From: Candidatus Fraserbacteria bacterium
GTDB taxonomy: Bacteria; Bipolaricaulota; Bipolaricaulia; RBG-16-55-9; JANLFV01
DNA length: 13,526 bases
Assembly (NCBI GenBank): GCA_037446135.1
Contig: JBBIJD010000045.1
Coordinates: 1 to 13,526 of the forward strand
Direction: 5' to 3'
Shown here: in pieces, positions 1 through 8,235 of the stretch
Position numbering within the stretch: the first letter of the stretch is position 1
How the letters are laid out: every line of letters begins with the position of its first letter
Translations under genes and position numbers: made by a program
Notes under the pieces: generated by a model
Database searches by the model: none
What the model saw: only the letters and a program-made list of their open reading frames with translations
Told to the model about the DNA's origin: nothing

Positions 1-75
1 TGCTGGAGTGCAACCTGCTACAGTAAGTGTGAGGAGGGCCAAGACCACAAAGACCACTGATCCCTCTTTGGCCAT
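1..75 (-). CDS. Lipoprotein, 5' end only (runs off the left edge of the window)
   Basis: Not in the ORF track. ATG at 75..73 follows SD GGGGGTGA (79-86). Translation MAKEGSVVFVVLALLTLTVAG-CTPA has a basic N-terminus, a hydrophobic core and a lipobox VAG|C, consistent with a signal peptidase II signal. Confidence 0.8.
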   Translation of the reverse strand, partial: MAKEGSVVFVVLALLTLTVAGCTPA

Positions 76-107
76 CTTTCACCCCCACTGGGTCCCCTTT
101 TGAGCTC

Positions 108-130
108 ATTATACACCCCCCGCTTGTCAA
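108..130 (-). promoter_or_regulatory. Putative promoter for the lipoprotein gene: perfect TATAAT, with TTGACA at an atypical 11-bp spacing
   Basis: The minus strand reads TTGACA-AGCGGGGGGTG-TATAAT (130-125, 113-108). The -10 box lies about 33 nt upstream of the ATG at 75. Confidence 0.45.
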
Positions 131-231
131 GGGCAGGGATGGAAATCAGCTATGATTCAATTGCAGTGAGGGTGAGGCTCGAGGTCACCCTCGGGAGATC
201 GTGCCCGAGCAAGAGGTGATGAGCGGCTCCG

Positions 232-261
232 TTGACAGGGCCTTGTCCTCCTCGGTATAGT
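232..261 (+). promoter_or_regulatory. sigma70/sigmaA-type promoter for dinG-proS
   Basis: TTGACA (232-237)-18 bp-TATAGT (256-261), followed by SD AGGAG (271-275) and ATG at 289. Confidence 0.75.
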
Positions 262-288
262 TCACGGTGCAGGAGAAGCTATTGAACC

Positions 289-3168
289 ATGAAAAAACCG
301 GATCCGGAGCTCCTTCGCCTTCTAGAGCTGGAGGAATTTGTCGCTCTCGATCTCGAGACCACCGGGCTCGACCCCCAGACGGCCGAGATCATCGAGCTCG
401 GGGCAGTCCGGTTCGTAGATGGGAGCCCGAAGGAGCGGTTCAGTGCGCTCGTCCGGCCAAAGGGGCCTCCTTCGGATGAGATCATTCAGTTGACGGGGAT
501 CGCGCCGGACGAGTTAGAGCGGGCTCCGCCGCTCGAGGATTCCTTGCCCAGGTTCTTGGAGTTCATCGCTGGGAAGAGGCTCGTAGCCCACAATGCCGAG
601 TTCGACCGGGCCTTCCTCGAAGTGGCGGTCAGACGACTCGGCCCAGCCCTCTTACCCTCATCCGCCGAATGGCTCGATACATTATCGCTCGCCTGTGCCC
701 TCTACCCCGGGCTTTATAGCCATAAGTTGGAGGCGATCGCCAAGGAGCTCGGACTGCCACTAGCGGAACCTCACCGCGCCGCAGCGGATGCCGAGCGGGT
801 CGGCCTCATCCTCTTGCGGCTCCTCCAGCGGGGGCTCGAGGTCAGACTAGCGGCCTTGGAGAGCTTGATCCTCTTGAGCCCACCGGAGCTGAGCTCCTTC
901 TTCAAGGCCTTAGTGGCCTATCGGCAGGGCCGGGGCCTCCTCGGCCGGTCCGGGCTAAGAGCACGAGCCCCGAAGTGGGAACCCCAGTTGAAGAGAGGGG
1001 AAGGGGACGAGGCTTTCCGGCTCGACCTCGATAAGATCGAGAGGCTCTTCAAGAGGGATGGCCCGTTCGCTCCAAGGTTGCCCGCCTTCAGTGAGCGGCC
1101 GGAGCAGATCGCCATGGCCCGTGAGGTCGCCTCGGCCCTCAATGATTCGAGATTCTTGCTCGCCGAGGCCGGGACCGGGACGGGGAAGTCCTTTGCTTAC
1201 CTTGTCCCGGCGATCCTCTGGGCTAGAGGGCGGGGCGAGCGAGTGATCGTCTCGACCAATACGAAGAACCTCCAGGACCAACTCTTCTTGAAGGATCTTC
1301 CACTCCTCCGCTCAGCACTGGGCGACTTCCAAGCCGTCCTCCTCAAGGGGCGGGGGAACTACCTCTGCCTCCACAAGTGGGAGGCGCTCCTCCTCGAAGA
1401 GGCCGGCCAATTGGGCCTGGGGCTCGAACCCGAAGAGGCCCTGCTCTCTATCCCTGTCTGGCTCGAGGAGACCTCGACCGGGGACCTCTCGGAGAATAAC
1501 GCCTTCTGGAAGGCCGAGCGGGCGAGGGAGCTTGCTGCTCGACTTATCGATGAGCCTGCTTACTGTCTCGGGCGGAATTGCCACTTCTACGAGAGCTGCT
1601 TCTCGCTCGCGGCCCGCCGAGCCGCCCGGGAAGCGGACCTCGTGGTCGTGAACCATGCCTTGCTCCTCGCTGATCTGGAGTATGAGCTCCTCGGGGAATA
1701 CAAATACTTGATCGTCGATGAGGGCCATAACCTCGAGGAGGCCGCGAGCGAGGCCCTTACCCGGCGGCTCTCCTTCTGGGAGGTGAACGGTCTATTCGAG
1801 GAGCTCTCCCAGACGAGAGGCCGGCCGAGAGGGCTCTTCCCCGCAGTGGTCGAGTGGGCTCGGGCCAGGCGGGCCGATAAGGCCTTGGCGGACTCGAGGG
1901 GGAAGCTCCTCGAGCTGGCCGAGGCGGGGACCGAGCTGGTCGAGGGCCTCCGAGCCCGGTGCCGGGAGTTTTTCGTTGCCCTGACCGCAGCCCTCCGGGA
2001 GGCCACGGGGCTCGAGCCGGAGGATTATCCCCTCGAATACCCGAGGAAAGGGAGCTTCGGGCCGGAGCTATTCCTCAAGCTAGATGATGAGCAGCGAGAG
2101 CTGAGGACGGGCCTCCTGCTCCTTAAAGGAGTGCTAGAGCGGCTCCGGGCGGCCCTGGAGCGATTGGCCGAGAGCGGGGAAGCACCGATAGCGAGCCAGT
2201 TCGCGGCCCGGACGGCCGCGGACCTGGCCCGGGCTGAGCAATTGGATAGCCTCCTGGCGGCCATGACCGCTGCGGAGGATGAGGAGTTCGTCTATTGGTT
2301 CGATCTGCCTGTGGACCCGGAGCGCTTCGCCTCACTCTATGCCACACCCTTAGAGGTCGCTGGTCTCCTCCATGAGCGGCTCTTCCAACGGCTCGAGGCG
2401 GCGATCTTCACCTCCGCGACGCTCGCGGTCGCTGGTGACTTCCGCTACTTGGAGAGGCGGCTCGGACTGGATTGCCTCCCTGAGGGACGGCTCCGGGCTC
2501 GTTCCTTCGGCGAGCCTTTTGACTACGAAAGGCAGGCCCTCCTCGCCGTTCCGGAGTTCCTCCCTCCGCCGGATGAAAAAGAGTTCCCCTTCAAGCTGGC
2601 CGAGCTGCTGCGAGAGCTGGCCGGGCGGCTGGAGCGGAAAATGATGGTCCTCTTCACCTCATACAAGGCGATGCAGCAAGTCCATCAAGAGCTCCGAGCC
2701 GTGGGGATAAGAGAGCTCTTCGTCCAGGGCCAAGAGGGTAGCCGGACCCAACTGATGGAGGGATTCAAGCGGAGCCCGACCAAGCGAGCGATCCTGCTCG
2801 GGACGAGCTCTTTTTGGGAGGGGGTCGACCTCCCGGGGGAGAGCCTGGAGGTCCTGGTCCTGACCCGTCTCCCATTCGCCGTCCCCGATGAGCCGCTCGC
2901 CAAGGCCCGAGCAGACCAAGTCAAGGCCGCGGGAGGGAACTCCTTCCTAGATTATTTCCTCCCCCAGGCGGTCCTCAAGCTCCGCCAGGGGTTCGGGAGG
3001 CTGATCCGGACCGCTCAAGACCGTGGAGTTGTGATCATCGCGGACAACCGGATCATCCATCAGCGCTACGGCCGCTCATTCACGGAGTCGTTGCCGATCC
3101 GTCCCACAACCTTCTATACTCCGAGCCGGCTCATCATCGAGCTGGAGGAGTTCTTCGCTCAAAGATGA
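289..3168 (+). CDS. dinG: DinG-family SF2 helicase with an N-terminal DnaQ/DEDDh 3'-5' exonuclease domain
   Basis: 959 aa. Exonuclease motifs VALDLETTG, HNAEFD, HRAAAD. Helicase Q motif (ERPEQ), Walker A EAGTGTGKS, KGRGNYLC, DEGH, TSATL, SFWEGVD, QGFGRLIR. Confidence 0.93.
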   Translation: MKKPDPELLRLLELEEFVALDLETTGLDPQTAEIIELGAVRFVDGSPKERFSALVRPKGPPSDEIIQLTGIAPDELERAPPLEDSLPRFLEFIAGKRLVAHNAEFDRAFLEVAVRRLGPALLPSSAEWLDTLSLACALYPGLYSHKLEAIAKELGLPLAEPHRAAADAERVGLILLRLLQRGLEVRLAALESLILLSPPELSSFFKALVAYRQGRGLLGRSGLRARAPKWEPQLKRGEGDEAFRLDLDKIERLFKRDGPFAPRLPAFSERPEQIAMAREVASALNDSRFLLAEAGTGTGKSFAYLVPAILWARGRGERVIVSTNTKNLQDQLFLKDLPLLRSALGDFQAVLLKGRGNYLCLHKWEALLLEEAGQLGLGLEPEEALLSIPVWLEETSTGDLSENNAFWKAERARELAARLIDEPAYCLGRNCHFYESCFSLAARRAAREADLVVVNHALLLADLEYELLGEYKYLIVDEGHNLEEAASEALTRRLSFWEVNGLFEELSQTRGRPRGLFPAVVEWARARRADKALADSRGKLLELAEAGTELVEGLRARCREFFVALTAALREATGLEPEDYPLEYPRKGSFGPELFLKLDDEQRELRTGLLLLKGVLERLRAALERLAESGEAPIASQFAARTAADLARAEQLDSLLAAMTAAEDEEFVYWFDLPVDPERFASLYATPLEVAGLLHERLFQRLEAAIFTSATLAVAGDFRYLERRLGLDCLPEGRLRARSFGEPFDYERQALLAVPEFLPPPDEKEFPFKLAELLRELAGRLERKMMVLFTSYKAMQQVHQELRAVGIRELFVQGQEGSRTQLMEGFKRSPTKRAILLGTSSFWEGVDLPGESLEVLVLTRLPFAVPDEPLAKARADQVKAAGGNSFLDYFLPQAVLKLRQGFGRLIRTAQDRGVVIIADNRIIHQRYGRSFTESLPIRPTTFYTPSRLIIELEEFFAQR

Positions 3169-4877
3169 GGCTCTCGCAATATCTCTTGCCGACGCTGAAA
3201 GAGGAGCCGAAGGAGGCCGAGCTCGTCTCTCACAAGCTCCTGCTTCGGGCCGGGCTGATCCGCCCGCTCTCGACTGGGATCTATACTTATCTTCCTTTGG
3301 GCTGGCGGGTCTTGAGGAAGATCGAGCGGATCGTCCGGGAGGAGATGGATGCGATCGGCGGGCAGGAATTGCATATGCCGATCGCCCATCCGGCGGAGCT
3401 CTGGGAACGGACCGGCCGGCTCGCTGACTTCGGCCCGCAGTTGATCCACTTCAAGGACCGGACGGGGCGGGAGTTCGTCCTCGGCCCGACTCACGAGGAG
3501 GTGATCACCGATCTGGCGCGGCGGGAGATAAGGAGCTATCGCCAGCTCCCGCTGATGCTCTACCAGATCCAGACGAAGTTCCGAGATGAGCCCCGCCCCA
3601 GAGGGGGCCTCGTGAGGGTCCGTGAGTTCCCGATGAAGGACGGCTATAGCTTCCATGAGAGCCTCGAGGACCTCGAGCGATACTACCCCAAGGTCTACCA
3701 GGCTTATCTGAACATCTTCCGCCGGTGCGGTCTGGAGCCGGTCCCGGTCGAGGCCGATCCCGGCTTAATGGGTGGGACCGGCTCGCATGAGTTCATGCTC
3801 CCCAACGACTCCGGGGAGGACACCTTCGTCCAATGCAGCCGGTGCGATTACGCCGCCAATCTGGCTGCCGCAAGAGCGGAGCATGAAGCCCACGACCAAG
3901 AGGAAGAGCTCCCACTCGAGGAGGTCGCGACCCCTGACTGCTGGTCGATCGCCGCGGTCGCTGACTTCCTGGGGATCCCCCAATGGAAGACGGCCAAGGC
4001 CGTCTTCTATCGCACCGGGGAGGAGCTGATCTTCGCGGTGATCCGTGGAGATTTGGAGGTCAATGAGGCCAAACTGAGCCGGGCCTTGGGGACCGCGGAC
4101 CTTCGGCCCGCGACCGAGCCGGAGATCATGGAGATCGGGGCCGTCCCAGGCTATGCCTCCCCGATCGGCTTGCGCGATGAGCGGCTCAAGGTGATCGTCG
4201 ATGACTCTATCACGAAGGTGAGGAACCTCGTGGCCGGGGCGAATAAGGAGGGGTATCATTTGAAGAATGTCAACTTCCCCCGTGACTTTCAGGCCGAGGT
4301 CGCGGATATCGCCCTCGTGCGGGATGGCGACCGCTGCTCCCACTGCGGTGGTAGGCTGGAGGTGAAGAGGGCGATCGAGCTGGGGCACATCTTCAAGCTG
4401 GGGACCAAATACAGCGAGGCCCTCGGGGCGACCTTCCTCGATCGCGAGGGCAAGGAGAGGCCGTTCTTCATGGGCTGTTACGGGATCGGGCTGGGACGGC
4501 TGATGGCCGCGGTCATCGAGGCCCATCATGATGAGAAGGGGATCATCTGGCCGACCTCGATCGCCCCATTTCAGGTCATCATCCTGGTCTTGAACAGTGC
4601 AGAGCCGGCCCAAGCCATGCTGGGCGAGCGACTCTATAAGGAGCTATCCCAAGAGTTCGAGGTCCTCTACGACGACCGGGATGAGAGCGCGGGGGTCAAG
4701 TTTAACGACGCTGATCTCATCGGGGTCCCTGTGCAGGTCGTCGTCGGGCCGCAAGGGCTAAGCTCGGGTGAGCTCGAGGTCCGCCGCCGAGGGGGCGGGA
4801 GCCGCCGGCTCAGTCTGGCCGAGGGATTGGAGCGAGTAGTAGCTGTAATCCGCGAGGAGTTGCAGCGAGGCGCTTGA
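3165..4877 (+). CDS. proS: Proline--tRNA ligase, bacterial type with INS editing domain
   Basis: 570 aa. MRLSQYLLPTLKE, SHKLLLRAGLIR, GPTHEE, motif 2 FRDEPRPRGGLVRVREF, INS-domain PGYASP, IELGHIFKLG, MGCYGIG, anticodon-domain DDRDES/KFNDADLIG. ATGA overlap with the dinG stop. Confidence 0.98.
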   Translation: MRLSQYLLPTLKEEPKEAELVSHKLLLRAGLIRPLSTGIYTYLPLGWRVLRKIERIVREEMDAIGGQELHMPIAHPAELWERTGRLADFGPQLIHFKDRTGREFVLGPTHEEVITDLARREIRSYRQLPLMLYQIQTKFRDEPRPRGGLVRVREFPMKDGYSFHESLEDLERYYPKVYQAYLNIFRRCGLEPVPVEADPGLMGGTGSHEFMLPNDSGEDTFVQCSRCDYAANLAAARAEHEAHDQEEELPLEEVATPDCWSIAAVADFLGIPQWKTAKAVFYRTGEELIFAVIRGDLEVNEAKLSRALGTADLRPATEPEIMEIGAVPGYASPIGLRDERLKVIVDDSITKVRNLVAGANKEGYHLKNVNFPRDFQAEVADIALVRDGDRCSHCGGRLEVKRAIELGHIFKLGTKYSEALGATFLDREGKERPFFMGCYGIGLGRLMAAVIEAHHDEKGIIWPTSIAPFQVIILVLNSAEPAQAMLGERLYKELSQEFEVLYDDRDESAGVKFNDADLIGVPVQVVVGPQGLSSGELEVRRRGGGSRRLSLAEGLERVVAVIREELQRGA

Positions 4878-4903
4878 CAGGGGCGTTTCTTCGGTGGTAT
4901 AAT
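4874..4903 (+). promoter_or_regulatory. Consensus sigma70 promoter with extended -10, upstream of GT2-rho-murA-hflX
   Basis: TTGACA (4874-4879, contains the proS TGA stop)-18 bp-TATAAT (4898-4903), with TGn at 4895-4897. Confidence 0.85.
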
Positions 4904-4939
4904 CAACCAAGAATCCAACCGCTGACAGAATATCTCCCG

Positions 4940-5614
4940 ATGAAGGTCTCAGCGATAGTCCCTGCCTATAATGAAGCCGAGAGGATCGGTCCGGTTCTCC
5001 AGGCCCTCCTTGGCGCAGAGAAAGTCGATGAGATCATCGTCGTTGATGATGGCTCGACCGATGCTACTGCGGAGGTGGCCAAGAGCTATGGGGTGGAGGT
5101 CCTTTCCCTCCCGAGGAACATGGGAAAGGCAGCGGCCCTCGATCATGGGGTCAAGCTCGCCAAGAATGATGTCTTCCTCTTCCTCGACGCTGATCTCGTC
5201 GGCCTCCGCCCGGAGCACATCGATCGGATGATCGAGGCCTACGAGCGGAAGAGCCTCTACATGGTGATCGGGGTCTTCAAGGAGGGGCGGCTCAATACAG
5301 ACCTCTCCCAGGTGATCGCCCCTTACCTCTCGGGCCAGCGGGTCTTAAACCGTGACCTCTGGGAGAGGGTGAGGAAGCACGAGCGGATGGACTTCGGGGT
5401 GGAGATGGCCCTCACCAAGCTGGCCCTCAAGGAGGGCTGGGAGGAGGAGCGGGTGGAGTTGAACGGTGTGACCCATGTGATGAAGGAAGAGAAGCGGGGT
5501 TTCCCTCAGGGGCTGGTCGATCGGCTGAAGATGTATGGCGACATCTTAAGATCGGTCTTCACTAAGGTCGAGAGCGGCTCAGGGCCCAAGGGGAAGGATT
5601 CAGAGCAGGGTTAA
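4940..5614 (+). CDS. Glycosyltransferase family 2 (GT-A fold)
   Basis: 224 aa from ATG 4940: MKVSAIVPAYNE, IIVVDDGSTD, NMGKAAAL, FLDAD (DxD), LSGQR, FGVE. The track's start at 4874 lies inside the promoter and is unlikely. Confidence 0.9.
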   Translation: MKVSAIVPAYNEAERIGPVLQALLGAEKVDEIIVVDDGSTDATAEVAKSYGVEVLSLPRNMGKAAALDHGVKLAKNDVFLFLDADLVGLRPEHIDRMIEAYERKSLYMVIGVFKEGRLNTDLSQVIAPYLSGQRVLNRDLWERVRKHERMDFGVEMALTKLALKEGWEEERVELNGVTHVMKEEKRGFPQGLVDRLKMYGDILRSVFTKVESGSGPKGKDSEQG

Positions 5615-5632
5615 TCAATCAGGAGGTAGAAA

Positions 5633-6886
5633 GTGGAGACGAACATCGCAGAACTGAAGGCAATGGATGTGGACCGGCTCAAAGAGCTGGCCGAACAATA
5701 CGGGGTCGGACAGATCCGTCCGCGGAAGGAGGATTTAGTCCTAGCGATCCTCAAGGGGCAGGCCCAAGAGAAGGGGCTCCACTTCGCCGAAGGGGTCTTA
5801 GAGATCCTCCCCGATGGCTATGGCTTCCTCCGCGATAGCTCCTGCCTCCCGGGGAAGAATGACATCTATGTCTCCCCCTCGCAGATCAAGCGGTTCGGGC
5901 TGAAGAGCGGGGATATTGTGAGCGGGCAAGTCCGCCCCCCGAAGGAGGACGAGAAATACTACGCCCTGATCAAGGTCGAGGCGATCGACTTCCAGGAGCC
6001 GGAGGCGATCCGCAATCGAGTGGACTTCGGGAGCCTCACCCCGCTCCATCCGACGGTCCAGTTCAAACTGGAGCACCGCCCGGAAGAGATCTGCACCAGG
6101 ATCATCGACCTCTTCACCCCGATCGGGAAGGGCCAGCGCGGGTTGATCGTCTCCCCACCGAAGGCAGGGAAGACGACCCTCCTCAAGCACATCGCGCACG
6201 GCCTGGAGGCCAACCATCCCGAGGTCTACCTGATTGTCCTCCTGGTCGATGAGCGGCCGGAGGAGGTGACCGACTTCAAGCGGTCGATCAAGCTGGGCGA
6301 GGTCGTAGCCGCGACCTTCGACCAGCCGCCGGAGGTCCACACCAAGCTCGCGGAGATCGTGATCGAGAAGGCTAAAAGGCTCGTGGAGCAGCGCTATGAT
6401 GTGGTGATCCTCATGGACTCGATCACCCGGCTCGCGCGGGCCTACAACCTCTCCATGGCCCCGAGCGGGAAGCTCCTCTCCGGGGGGATCGATCCCACAG
6501 CCCTTTATAAGCCGAAGGAGTTCTTCGGCGCGGCCAGGAACATCGAGGAAGGCGGGAGCCTCACGATCATCGGGACCGCGCTTATCGACACCGGGAGCCG
6601 GCTCGACCAGGTCGTCTTCGAGGAGTTCAAGGGGACCGGGAACATGGAGCTCGTCCTCGACCGAGGCCTGGCCGATAAGCGGATCTTCCCGGCCATCGAC
6701 TTAGAGCTCTCCTGGACGAGGAAGGAGGAGCTCCTCCTCCCGGAGAAGGTCCTCAAGCGGGTCTGGATCCTAAGGAGGATGATCTCCGAGATCGGAGATA
6801 AGCAGGAGGCCCTGGAGTTCATCAAGGAGAAGATGGAGGCGACCCAGAACAACGAGCAGTTCCTGGAGCTGATGCAGAACGAATGA
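5633..6886 (+). CDS. rho: Transcription termination factor Rho
   Basis: 417 aa, GTG start after SD AGGAGGT (5621-5627). GVLEILPDGYGFLR, DIYVSPSQI, PIGKGQRGLIVSPPKAGKT, DERPEEVTD, DSITRLARAYN, FGAARNIEEGGSLTI, EEFKGTGNME. Confidence 0.99.
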   Translation: METNIAELKAMDVDRLKELAEQYGVGQIRPRKEDLVLAILKGQAQEKGLHFAEGVLEILPDGYGFLRDSSCLPGKNDIYVSPSQIKRFGLKSGDIVSGQVRPPKEDEKYYALIKVEAIDFQEPEAIRNRVDFGSLTPLHPTVQFKLEHRPEEICTRIIDLFTPIGKGQRGLIVSPPKAGKTTLLKHIAHGLEANHPEVYLIVLLVDERPEEVTDFKRSIKLGEVVAATFDQPPEVHTKLAEIVIEKAKRLVEQRYDVVILMDSITRLARAYNLSMAPSGKLLSGGIDPTALYKPKEFFGAARNIEEGGSLTIIGTALIDTGSRLDQVVFEEFKGTGNMELVLDRGLADKRIFPAIDLELSWTRKEELLLPEKVLKRVWILRRMISEIGDKQEALEFIKEKMEATQNNEQFLELMQNE

Positions 6887-6987
6887 GGCTCTTCCAAGTC
6901 CTGCCCCGATGGTGTGCGAAGCCTTATGCCCAGGGGGAGAGGACAGCTGGCCTTGGGGGATTGAGAGAGCTAAGCTACGATAAGAGC

Positions 6988-8235
6988 ATGCAAAGGATGC
7001 GGTTGATCGTCCATGGGGGGAGGCGGCTCTACGGGGGGTTAGAGGTCGAGGGGGCAAAGAACGCGGCGCTCCCGATCTTTTGCGCGACTCTCCTCACCGA
7101 CGATGAAGTGGTCCTGAGGAACATCCCCCCGCTCCAGGATGTGGTGACGATCCAGAAGATGCTCACAGCTCTGGGGAAGCGGGTCGAGCCACTCGGGCCG
7201 GGGACCTATCGGGTGAGCGCAGCTGGGGAACTCACACCGGAGGCCCCACCCGAACTAGTGCGGAAGATGCGGGCCTCTTTCCTCGTCCTCGGGCCATTGC
7301 TCGCCCGACTCGGCCGGGCGAAGGTGGCCCTCCCCGGGGGATGCGTCCTCGGCCCGAGGCCGGTCGACCTCCACCTCAAGGGATTGACCCAGATGGGAGC
7401 GGAGATCAAGCTTACTCAAGGGGATGTCGCAGTCTGGGGCCGACTCCATGGCGCTGAGATCTACCTGGACTACCCCTCAGTAGGGGCGACGGAGCAATTG
7501 CTCCTCGCGGCGGCCGCCATCCCCGAGCGGACAGTCATCCACAATCCGGCAGTCGAGCCGGAGGTCGAGGATCTGGCCCGCTTTTTGGAGGCGCTGGGGG
7601 CTGAGATCTCCTGGGGAAGGGAGATCGAGGTCCGCGGGGCCAAGGGGCTCCATGGGGCTGACTACCGAATCATTCCCGACCGGATCAATGCCGGGACATA
7701 CATAATGGCTGTAGCGCTCGCTGGTGGCGAGGCCGAGATCGGCTGTTTCCCGAACCATCTCCAGGCACTCTTGGGGAAGCTCCGAGAGTCCGGGGTCGAG
7801 CTCGAGGAGCGCAGCCGGGCCGTCCTCGTCCGTAGCTCCGGCGAGCTCGAGCCCCTCCAGGTCGAGACCCGTCCTTATCCCGGTTTCCCGACCGACCTCC
7901 AGCCCCAAATGATCGCGATGCTCTGCCTCGCCCAGGGAGAGAGCCTGGTCCGGGAGACGGTCTTTCCCGATCGGTTTGCATATGTATCGGAGTTATTGCG
8001 CCTGGGGGCCCAGATTAAGGTGACCGACTCCACGGCATTTATCAAGGGCGTGGACCATCTTGAGGGGGCGACGGTCCAGGCCACGGACATCCGCGCGGGG
8101 GCAGCGCTGGTCCTCGCCGGGCTGGCCGCGCACAGCGAGACAGTCGTTTGGGATGAAGGCCACCTTGCCCGGGGGTATAGTGACATCGTGAGAGACTTGC
8201 GGAGTTTGGGGGCGGAGATCCGGTGGGAAGGCTGA
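6988..8235 (+). CDS. murA: UDP-N-acetylglucosamine 1-carboxyvinyltransferase
   Basis: GAKNAALP, KMRAS, LPGGCVLGPRPVDLH (catalytic Cys present), SVGATE, PYPGFPTDLQ, DIRAGAAL. MurA-like sequence begins at ATG 6988 or 6997. The frame is open back to ATG 6883, so the start is uncertain. Confidence 0.96.
   Translation: MQRMRLIVHGGRRLYGGLEVEGAKNAALPIFCATLLTDDEVVLRNIPPLQDVVTIQKMLTALGKRVEPLGPGTYRVSAAGELTPEAPPELVRKMRASFLVLGPLLARLGRAKVALPGGCVLGPRPVDLHLKGLTQMGAEIKLTQGDVAVWGRLHGAEIYLDYPSVGATEQLLLAAAAIPERTVIHNPAVEPEVEDLARFLEALGAEISWGREIEVRGAKGLHGADYRIIPDRINAGTYIMAVALAGGEAEIGCFPNHLQALLGKLRESGVELEERSRAVLVRSSGELEPLQVETRPYPGFPTDLQPQMIAMLCLAQGESLVRETVFPDRFAYVSELLRLGAQIKVTDSTAFIKGVDHLEGATVQATDIRAGAALVLAGLAAHSETVVWDEGHLARGYSDIVRDLRSLGAEIRWEG

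Noticed and set aside
3765..4613. 282-aa - strand ORF and the other antisense ORFs over dinG, proS, rho, murA and hflX
   Set aside because: Shadow frames of well-supported genes, expected at this GC content and codon bias.
4874..4939. 22-aa N-terminal extension of the glycosyltransferase (track start 4874)
   Set aside because: That TTG is the -35 box of the promoter, and GT2-like sequence starts at ATG 4940.
6905..6935. CGATGGTGT resembling the 5' end of a fluoride riboswitch
   Set aside because: The P1 partner strand and the downstream conserved segment are absent, and murA is not a typical target.
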